Positions 24,179 through 30,659 of a DNA stretch of 30,659 nucleotides are shown one piece after another. This stretch comes from Myxococcaceae bacterium. GTDB lineage: Bacteria > Myxococcota > Myxococcia > Myxococcales > Myxococcaceae. The notes below the pieces were generated by a model. The model ran no database searches and was not told the origin of the DNA. It worked only from the letters and a program-made list of their open reading frames with translations. The stretch lies in assembly GCA_044230055.1 (NCBI GenBank), contig JBGART010000083.1, positions 1 through 30,659 of the forward strand. The letters are read 5' to 3'. The position numbers were made by a program, and so were the translations under genes. The stretch's first letter is position 1. Every line of letters begins with the position of its first letter.

Positions 24179-24616
24179 TCAGCCGCCCTCAGAGCAGCCC
24201 GGAAACGGATTGGTCTTGCAGGAGAGGGGCTCGCAGCCGCAGCCGAACGGGTTCTCGCAGTGGCAGTACGCGTTGTTCCCGCACTGGTTCGCCGGGCCGT
24301 TGGCGACGCAGGGCATGGCGCAGAAGAAGCTGAAGTGCTCGCCCTCCATGTTCTCGATGGAGGAGCAGTAGATGGCCTTGCCGTTGTTCGCGCAGTCAGA
24401 GTGCGTCTCGCAGAACTTCCCCACGCCAAGGTTGTTGCCCTTGTCTCCCCAGCGGCCGCAGCAGGACTCGGAGATGGGACCGCAGTAGTCGATGGCCGGC
24501 TTGGCGAGCGCGGCGCTGCTCTCGTTGACGTGCTCTGAGTCGGCGAGCGCCTGCTCGACACAGCCAGAGGTGAGGAGGACTGCGGCGAACGCTGAAACGG
24601 CAATGAGATGTCTCAC
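24179..24616 (-). CDS. Cys-rich secreted lipoprotein (145 aa, ~18 Cys), function unknown.
   Basis: MRHLIAVSAFAAVLLTSGC lipoprotein signal. Cys-dense mature part (...YCGPISESCCGRWGDK...CETHSDCANNGKAIYCSS...FCAMPCVANGPANQCGNNAYCHCENPFGCGCEPLSCK...). Confidence 0.55.
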   Translation of the reverse strand: MRHLIAVSAFAAVLLTSGCVEQALADSEHVNESSAALAKPAIDYCGPISESCCGRWGDKGNNLGVGKFCETHSDCANNGKAIYCSSIENMEGEHFSFFCAMPCVANGPANQCGNNAYCHCENPFGCGCEPLSCKTNPFPGCSEGG

Positions 24617-24764
24617 GTGTCATTCTCCCTGTTGCGTGGTTCAAGAAATCAGCGCGCGAGCGGCGGGTCGCGAGTCGAAGGCGCCGAGGGTTTGTTGACG
24701 TATGGCCAGCTGGAGCGCCGAGGGTGACATCCGGAATTGTTTTTCCGGCGGGCTCCGGCAGCCG

Positions 24765-26129
24765 CTACTGCCCAGACCCCACGGCGCCGAGCTCCGCCCC
24801 ACCCAGCTCGCGCAAGAGCTCTCGCGCCCGCTCCACCTTCACGTGGCCCACCTTCACCAGCAGGTCCGCCACCTTCTCCACCCAGTCGCCACGCGCGCCG
24901 GCGGTGACGGCGACGCAGCGGGCGTGCAGCGCCATGTGCCCCTGCTGGATGCCGACGGAGCCCAGCGCCCGCAGCGCGGCGAAGTTCTGCGCCAGGCCGA
25001 CCGCGGCGAAGACCATCGCCAGCTCGCGGGCGCTCTGCGCACCGAGCAGCTTGAGGCCAACCTGGACGCCCGGGTGGGCCTGGATGCTGCCGCCCACCAT
25101 GCCCAACGCGAGCGGCAGCTCGAGCTCCCCCACCAGCGAGTCACCGTCCAGCCGCCAGGTGGAGAGCGGCCGGTAGCAGCCCGTCCTGCTCGCGAAGGCA
25201 TGCGCTCCGGCCTCGATGGCGCGCCAGTCCTGCCCCGTGGCCAGCGCCACCGCGTCAATGCCATTCATGACGCCCTTGTTGTGGGTGGCCGCGCGGTAGG
25301 GGTCCGCCTGCGCGAAGCGGCTGGCCTGCACCACACCCCGGGCAATCTCCTCTCCCGACCGTTCGAAGGCGGCCAGGTCCCGCACGGGAATCTGGCAGCG
25401 GGCGCGGGCCAGCCGGCGGTCCGCGTAGTTGGAGAGGATGCGCAGGTGCACCTCGCCACCCGTGAGCGCCTCCACCAGCGGGGCCACGCCCTCGGACATC
25501 GTGTTGATGAGGTTCGCGCCCATCGCCTCCTGCGTGTCGATGAGCAGGTGCACGATGAGCAAAGGCTCCGCGTCCGGCCCCTCCGGCGCGGGGAGGATGC
25601 GGACCTCCACGTCCTTCGCGCCGCCCCCGCGCTGCACCATCCGGGGATGGAAGCTGTTGGCCAGCGCCAGCAGCTCCTCGCGCGCGGACAGCAGGCGTTC
25701 GCGGGCGGCCAAAGGGTCTCCGTAGCTGGAGACCTGCACCTGGCCAATCATGAGGGAGGCGTCGGCCTCCGCGACGAAGCCGCCCGCGGCGCGCACCACC
25801 TTCGCCGCCAGCGAGACCGCGGCGATGACCGAGGGCTCCTCCACCACCATCGGGACGACGTACTCCCGGCCGTTGACGATGAAGTTGAGGCCCAGGCCCA
25901 GCGGCAGGCTGAAGGTGCCCAGGGCGTTCTCAATCATCTGGTTCGCCACCTCCGCGCCGAGCGAGCGCTCTCCGGAGAGCTGCTGCAACTCAACAGGCGT
26001 GAGGCGAAACATCCGGCCGACGCGCGCCAAACGCTCCGCGCGGTCGAGCTTGTGAAATCCCTTCATACGAGATGTCACAGCACCGGCGACGCCATTCTTG
26101 TCTTCAGACATGACTTCGCCCCGCTCCAT
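24765..26129 (-). CDS. Class II HMG-CoA reductase (mevalonate pathway).
   Basis: ...EVANQMIENALGTFSLPLGLGLNFIVNGREYVVPMVVEEPSVIAA..., ...DTQEAMGANLINTM..., ...ATHNKGVMNGIDAVALATGQDWRAIEAGAHA... (conserved class II HMGR blocks). Confidence 0.85.
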   Translation of the reverse strand: MERGEVMSEDKNGVAGAVTSRMKGFHKLDRAERLARVGRMFRLTPVELQQLSGERSLGAEVANQMIENALGTFSLPLGLGLNFIVNGREYVVPMVVEEPSVIAAVSLAAKVVRAAGGFVAEADASLMIGQVQVSSYGDPLAARERLLSAREELLALANSFHPRMVQRGGGAKDVEVRILPAPEGPDAEPLLIVHLLIDTQEAMGANLINTMSEGVAPLVEALTGGEVHLRILSNYADRRLARARCQIPVRDLAAFERSGEEIARGVVQASRFAQADPYRAATHNKGVMNGIDAVALATGQDWRAIEAGAHAFASRTGCYRPLSTWRLDGDSLVGELELPLALGMVGGSIQAHPGVQVGLKLLGAQSARELAMVFAAVGLAQNFAALRALGSVGIQQGHMALHARCVAVTAGARGDWVEKVADLLVKVGHVKVERARELLRELGGAELGAVGSGQ

Positions 26130-26199
26130 AGACGTGAGTACAGTTGCGCTCAGAAATCTCTATGGGCAGTTGCTCGGCATTCAGTGACATCCGGGAGAG

Positions 26200-26556
26200 G
26201 TGAAGAGCCACATGCGCGCGATGGGGCTGTTTCTGCTGGCGGGGGTGCTGGAGATAGGCGGCGGCTACGGCGTGTGGCTCTGGCTCAAGCAACACCGCTC
26301 GCCCTGGTTCGGCGCGGCGGGCGCACTGGCGCTGGTCTCCTACGGCGTGGTGCCCGTCTTCCAGCCCGGCTCGAACCCGTTCGGCAGGCTCTACGCGGCG
26401 TACGGCGCCGTCTTCATCCTCCTGTCTGCGCTCTGGGGCTGGGGCGTGGACGGCCAGCGCCCGGACCTGCGTGACTGGATGGGCGTCGGCCTCTGCCTGG
26501 CCGGCGCGACGGTGATGCTCTGGCCCCGCGCCGCGCTGGCGCCCGTGGGCGCGTAG
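26200..26556 (+). CDS. ynfA: YnfA/UPF0060-family small inner-membrane protein.
   Basis: MGLFLLAGVLEIGGGYGVWLWLKQHRSPWF...RLYAAYGAVFILLSALWGWGVDGQRPDLRDWMGVGLCLAG parallels E. coli YnfA blocks (CEIIGCFLPWLWLK / RVYAAYGGVYV). The true start is probably 26212 or 26221. Confidence 0.7.
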   Translation: MKSHMRAMGLFLLAGVLEIGGGYGVWLWLKQHRSPWFGAAGALALVSYGVVPVFQPGSNPFGRLYAAYGAVFILLSALWGWGVDGQRPDLRDWMGVGLCLAGATVMLWPRAALAPVGA

Positions 26557-26591
26557 AACCCGTCACGCAGACGTGGGATACGTCGCGCCCG

Positions 26592-27246
26592 ATGAGCACG
26601 AATACGCCGATGCGGTGGCCACCCGTCGAGGTCCTGCAGCAGGGCATGTCCCTCCCCGACGGGGTGAGCTTCCGGCTCCTGCGCGAGGGCGAGCTCGACG
26701 GGCTGCCCGCGAAGCTCCTCGAGTGGTACCCCGCAGTCCGGGTGGGAGCGGAGTCAGTCTTCCTTAACCCTGAGTTTCTGCGGCGCGAGGTTGTGCGGGA
26801 GGGCCACTTCGAGCCCAACATCTACGCCATCCTCATCGTCCAACACGGCGAGGGTGGGGTTCACCACGTACGAGCGCCAACCTGCGAGCGGAACGCTGCA
26901 GGGCCGCCTGGGAGCCCTCGCGCCGGCGGCGCGTCAGGGGTTCCTCGGCGCGCTGGCATTCCTCGCCCTGGAGAGGATGGCCGAGCTGACAGGCGCGGAG
27001 CTCATCCTGGCGTGGATCACCCTCGCCTCCCGTCACCAGCAGTTCTTCGCGGAGCGCCGCGGTTTCCAGCTGGTGGGCGTGGCCCCCGGGATTGACCGAA
27101 ACGAGATCTCCGGAAAGCGGTCCTTGCGAGTCACCGAAGCCCTGGTCGCGAAGCTGCGCGTGCCGGAGGAAGAGCTGCTGGCTCCCGCGGCCGACGCGCT
27201 GACGCCAAGAACGGCGCGCCTGTTGGACGCCATCCGGCGCGGGTGA
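26592..27246 (+). pseudogene. Hypothetical protein gene apparently split by a +1 frameshift near 26850 (G-run gagggtgggg). The two halves are ORFs 26592..27095 and 26791..27246.
   Basis: The N-terminal half (frame 0) reads sensibly to ...IYAILIVQHGE. A sensible sequence then continues in frame +1 (RVGFTTYERQ...LILAWITLASRHQQFFAERRGFQLVGVAPG...), while each frame's remainder is low-complexity. This could be a genuine pseudogene, programmed slippage or an assembly error. Confidence 0.35.
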
Positions 27247-27255
27247 CCGCGCCCC

Positions 27256-27453
27256 TCAGGCGTACGGACGCTTGAGCACGAACACAATCTCGCGCGTGGT
27301 CCCGCTGCCGACGTTGGTGTCGAACGAGGACACCAGCTCCCAGCCCTCCGCACCGTAGTGGTTCAGCAGCTCGTTAATCTTGTGGGTGTTGGCGATGCCG
27401 CCGAACCAGCCCTCTGAATCAATCTTCACTGCCTGATATTGCCATCGCGTCAT
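27256..27453 (-). CDS. DUF4177-family small protein.
   Basis: 65 aa MTRWQYQAVKIDSEGWFGG...ELLNHYGAEGWELVSSF...REIVFVLKRPYA, matching the DUF4177 pattern (WEYK...GWELV...KR). Confidence 0.6.
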   Translation of the reverse strand: MTRWQYQAVKIDSEGWFGGIANTHKINELLNHYGAEGWELVSSFDTNVGSGTTREIVFVLKRPYA

Positions 27454-27491
27454 GCCCGCCTCTCCAGCATGCCGACCGGGGCGCGGTCAAA

Positions 27492-28679
27492 TCAGAGCGA
27501 CGCGACGTATTGAGACAACAGGTCGAACGCGGTGTTGAGCACCTCCGGCGGCGGCAGGAACACCACGCGGAAGTGCTGCGTGCCGGGGCGCTGGCCGAAG
27601 CCGGAGCCGTGAACAAACAGCACGCCCGTCGCTCGGAGCAGCCCGAGGATGAACTGTTCGTCATCGGTGACCTGCGGGAGGTTGATGCGCGGCATGGCGT
27701 AGAACGCGCCGGCGGGCGGGACGACGGAGATTCCGCGGATGGACGAGAGTCGCCGGACGGTCAGGTCCCTCCGTTCGCGCAGCTTCTCCATCATCGGCGC
27801 GAAGTGGCTCTGCGGACCGTCGAGCGCCGCGGCGATGGCGTGCTGCTGAGGCGTGGGCGCGCAGAGCCGGGCGTCCGCCAGCCGCTGCACCGCGCCGCGC
27901 AGCTCGCCCAGCTTGGCCCCGTTGCAGAACACCATCCAGCCAATGCGCCAGCCGCAGGCCAGGTACGACTTGGAGAGCCCGTTGAACAACAGCACCGGCA
28001 CATCGCGCGCGAGCGAAGCGATGGAGACGTGCGGATCTTCGTAGGTGAGCCGGTCGTAAATCTCATCCGAGAGCACCACCAGGTTGTGCCGGCGCGCCAG
28101 CTCCAGCAGCCCCTCCAGCGCCTTGCGCCCGTACTGCCCGCCGGTGGGGTTGCAGGGCGTGCCGATGACGATGGCGCGCGTGTTGGGCCGGACGACGCGG
28201 GCAAGCTCTTCCAGGTCCAGCGCCCAGCCGCGCTCCTCATCCAGCTGGTACGGGATGGCCTCAATCCCCAGCTTCGCGGCCACCGCGCTGTAGAGCGGGT
28301 ACCCCGGGCTTGGCAGCAGCACGCTGTCGCCGGAGTCCACCAGCGCGGTGAGCGCCATCTCGATGGCCTCGCTCGCGCCGGAGGTGACCACCACGTCCTG
28401 CGGCGTCACCCCCTGCACGCCGCGCGCGCTCACCTCGCGGGCGATGGCCTCCCGCGCGGCAGGGATGCCGGCCGAGGGCGCATAGCCGTTGTCGCCATCG
28501 CGCATCGCCTTCGCCACCGCGTCGATGAGGTGCGGCGGCGTGGAGAAACCGAACTTCAGCGGGTCCCCGATGTTGAAGTAGAGGACCTTCCTGCCCTGCG
28601 CCTCCAGCTTGGTCGCCTCGGCGACGATGTTCCGGATGGCGTAGCGGACGTTCTCGGTGCGGTGGGCGGGCGGGAGCAC
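27492..28679 (-). CDS. PLP-dependent class I/II aminotransferase (AlaA/aspartate aminotransferase-like).
   Basis: ...NPTGG..., ...LFNGLSKSYLACGWRIGW... (Lys-PLP region). ~395 aa with typical fold-type I length/organisation. Confidence 0.85.
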   Translation of the reverse strand: MLPPAHRTENVRYAIRNIVAEATKLEAQGRKVLYFNIGDPLKFGFSTPPHLIDAVAKAMRDGDNGYAPSAGIPAAREAIAREVSARGVQGVTPQDVVVTSGASEAIEMALTALVDSGDSVLLPSPGYPLYSAVAAKLGIEAIPYQLDEERGWALDLEELARVVRPNTRAIVIGTPCNPTGGQYGRKALEGLLELARRHNLVVLSDEIYDRLTYEDPHVSIASLARDVPVLLFNGLSKSYLACGWRIGWMVFCNGAKLGELRGAVQRLADARLCAPTPQQHAIAAALDGPQSHFAPMMEKLRERRDLTVRRLSSIRGISVVPPAGAFYAMPRINLPQVTDDEQFILGLLRATGVLFVHGSGFGQRPGTQHFRVVFLPPPEVLNTAFDLLSQYVASL

Positions 28680-28692
28680 GCCTCAGGTTGTA

Positions 28693-28923
28693 TCAGACCG
28701 GATTCGCCGGGACCGTCGGCTCCTCGCGGGCGCCGCCGCGCGTCTCCTCCGGCTCCAGCGTCTGACGGATGTCGTCTCGAAGCTCAGGCGTGCGTTCGTG
28801 CCCGTGCACCGCGATGGCGTGCTCGACCGCGCAGGCCAGCACCTCTTCCTCCTCCCCCGCGATGGTCAGCGTGCATCCGACGACGTTGGGAGCGCTTCGA
28901 CAGTCTGTGATGACTCGAGCCAT
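28693..28923 (-). CDS. DUF1059-family small protein.
   Basis: MARVITDCRSAPNVVGCTLTIAGEEEEVLACAVEHAIAVHGHERTPEL..., the DUF1059 signature (C...C...EH...HG). Confidence 0.55.
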   Translation of the reverse strand: MARVITDCRSAPNVVGCTLTIAGEEEEVLACAVEHAIAVHGHERTPELRDDIRQTLEPEETRGGAREEPTVPANPV

Positions 28924-28974
28924 GCTTTCACCTCCGACTCAAGCCTGCGCATCCCCGCCGGGAAACCGGAGCGC

Positions 28975-30171
28975 TCAGGCGTGCGAGCGCGCGGCGGGCT
29001 TCGCCAGGCGCAGCTCGACGGTCAAGAGCAAGGCGCACACCCCGCCCGTCACCAGCTCCGGCACGGGCGTGAACGTCGCCGCCAGGATGAGGGCAATCGC
29101 GCCGCAGAAGGGCAGCAGCGTCCGGAACGAAGGGTCATGCGGCCGCAGGTGCACCACCCAGAGCACCGCCAGGAGCACGCAGACCGGCACGGTCACCAGG
29201 GCGGCGGTCTGGAGCGCGGAGACGTCACCGGCGCGCGTCCAGAAGTCCACCCGCGACGCCAGCCCCGCGCCGAGCGCCGCGCCCGCGGCGAAGATGAAGT
29301 AGTGGCCGAAGCCCCAGAGGTACGTGCCGCGCATGGAGCCGCCGAACGCGCGCTCCAGCGCAGGCGCGGCGCTGCGCGTGAAGTAGAGCCACCAGCAGCT
29401 GAAGAGGATGAGCACGCTGCCCACGACGACGTACAAGAGCGAATGCCCGGCCGCGCCCTCGTTCAGCGACTGCTGGATGGCCACAGTGGTGGACAGGACG
29501 CTCTCGCCGAGGACGATGAGGAACAAGAGGCTGTAGCGCTCCGCGACGTGGTGCGGGTGCCACGGCGTCATGCCCGCGCGCTCCGCGTAGATGACCACGC
29601 CAAACTCCGCCGCGGTGAGCAGGCCGAAGACGACCAACCCCAGCGCCGGCGGGACCCACAGGTAGGCCACCCAGAGCAGCTGCACGAACGCCACGCCCCC
29701 GGCGTAGCGCCGGCAGGTCGTCCTTCGCGCGGGGTCACTCTTCGCCGCCCGCAGCCACTGGATGACCAGGCCCACGCGCATCAGGACGTAGCCAATGACG
29801 GCCAGCGTGAAGTCCCCCTCGAACATCCGGTGCACGCCGGCTGCCAGGACCAGCGAGCCGAAAATCTGCAGCAGCGTGAGCAGCCGGTAGGACGTGTCGT
29901 CGTTGTCGTACGCAGAGCCGAACCAGGTGAAGTTCAGCCACGCCCACCAGATGGCGAAGAAGACCATCCCGAAGGACAGCACACCATGGGCGAGGTGGTG
30001 GGCGAGGACTGCGTGGTGGAGCTCCGCGGCCGCCTGCGCCACGGCGACCACGAAGCACAGGTCCGTGAAGAGCTCCAGCGGGGACGCCACGCGGTGCGGC
30101 TCGTGGGGGTCGCGGGCGCGGAGCGGCTTGAGGAGGCGATGGTGGGGGTGGGGCGAGCTCACGCCCGCCAC
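28975..30171 (-). CDS. LtrA (low-temperature requirement A) family integral membrane protein.
   Basis: ELFTDLCFVVAVAQ..., ...FGSAYDNDD..., 10+ TM helices, ~400 aa. Confidence 0.7.
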   Translation of the reverse strand: MAGVSSPHPHHRLLKPLRARDPHEPHRVASPLELFTDLCFVVAVAQAAAELHHAVLAHHLAHGVLSFGMVFFAIWWAWLNFTWFGSAYDNDDTSYRLLTLLQIFGSLVLAAGVHRMFEGDFTLAVIGYVLMRVGLVIQWLRAAKSDPARRTTCRRYAGGVAFVQLLWVAYLWVPPALGLVVFGLLTAAEFGVVIYAERAGMTPWHPHHVAERYSLLFLIVLGESVLSTTVAIQQSLNEGAAGHSLLYVVVGSVLILFSCWWLYFTRSAAPALERAFGGSMRGTYLWGFGHYFIFAAGAALGAGLASRVDFWTRAGDVSALQTAALVTVPVCVLLAVLWVVHLRPHDPSFRTLLPFCGAIALILAATFTPVPELVTGGVCALLLTVELRLAKPAARSHA

Positions 30172-30389
30172 CGTGCCATGCGCGCGATTCGCCGCCTAGA
30201 AGTTGGAGGGCTTCGCGCAAACCGAACGGAATCACAGCGCCCGCCCTGCATCACTCCCTGACAGTCGCCGGACTTTCAGAAAACAGGCGGGCACGGTCCC
30301 ATTCACCTTGCAGGAGCGTGCATCGCCTTCGGGTTTCACCTTCAGACGAGCATGGGTGCAGGTGGGTCCCCGCTGCTAGAACCCCCGGC

Positions 30390-30659
30390 GATGGGTGGTA
30401 CCCCACAGCCGGCGCCGCGCGAGCAGCCGAGGCCGGAGTTCGTCCAGGTCTACGCGGAGCACGCGGAGTTCGTGTGGCGCACGCTGCGCCGGCTGGGCGT
30501 CCGGGAAGCGGATCTCGAAGACACGTGTCAGGAGGTGTTCGTCGTCATCCACCGGAAGCTGGAGGGGTTCGACGGCCGCTCTGCGCTCTCGACGTGGATT
30601 TTCAGCATCTGCCAGCGGACAGCCTCCGACCACCGCCGCCGCGCGCACGTCCGTCGAGA
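30390..30659 (+). CDS. ECF-type sigma-70 family factor, 3'-partial (runs off window end).
   Basis: MGGTPQPAPREQPRPEFVQVYAEHAEFVWRTLRRLGVREADLEDTCQEVFVVIHRKLEGFDGRSALSTWIFSICQRTASDHRRRAH is a canonical sigma-70 region 2 (ECF). Confidence 0.75.

Noticed and set aside
24732-24749. Hairpin CCGGAA-TTGTTT-TTCCGG just downstream of the HMG-CoA reductase stop as a rho-independent terminator.
   Set aside because: There is no U-tract following the stem on the minus strand, and the downstream Cys-rich lipoprotein gene is co-directional. More likely just intergenic secondary structure.

Overview
This is a high-GC (~70%) myxobacterial-type chromosomal window (Myxococcus/Corallococcus-like codon usage, MYXO-CTERM sorting signal). 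All calls come from reading the sequence and the six-frame ORF track by eye; no database search was run. From start to end it contains:
(i) The 5' two-thirds of a group II intron on the minus strand (reverse transcriptase/maturase ORF running off the window start, intron 5' GUGCG at 1542). It sits immediately after a palindromic repeat hairpin, downstream of a secreted GH25 lysozyme gene.
(ii) A small lipoprotein gene, an SPFH/band-7 gene and a slightly non-canonical tRNA(GTT)-like gene.
(iii) A ~175-bp MITE-like repeat family with ~45-bp terminal inverted repeats, present in three copies (1543-1690 partial, 6316-6540, 12337-12598). Its 92-bp core is inverted between copies 2 and 3.
(iv) A minus-strand regulatory/isoprenoid block: MerR regulator, ECF sigma factor, FAD-dependent oxidoreductase, and a 770-aa polyprenyl-diphosphate-synthase fusion protein. 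Divergent from it is a textbook MerR-type promoter (TTGACT, 19-bp spacer holding a perfect 16-bp palindrome, TACGGT) driving a Cys-motif MerT-like membrane protein.
(v) The most interesting part: a 13.5-kb co-directional, largely translationally coupled minus-strand gene run. It reads HMG-CoA reductase, Cys-rich lipoprotein, di-haem cytochrome c peroxidase, secreted protein, terpene synthase (degenerate DDxxD), a 45-aa Cys-repeat peptide (MDIKDLDVKTAEELAGESKAESACLISSDPVGDACLIGNACLIND), haem-oxygenase-like di-iron enzyme, YcaO, TfuA, then a LolA-like protein, two FtsX permeases, an ABC ATPase and an outer-membrane beta-barrel. I read this as a candidate undescribed RiPP cluster (thioamide/azoline-type peptide with a dedicated Lol/MacB-like exporter), possibly hybridised with terpene genes.
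(vi) Housekeeping-like genes at the 3' end (YnfA, a frameshifted hypothetical, DUF4177, an aminotransferase, DUF1059, LtrA, a partial ECF sigma).
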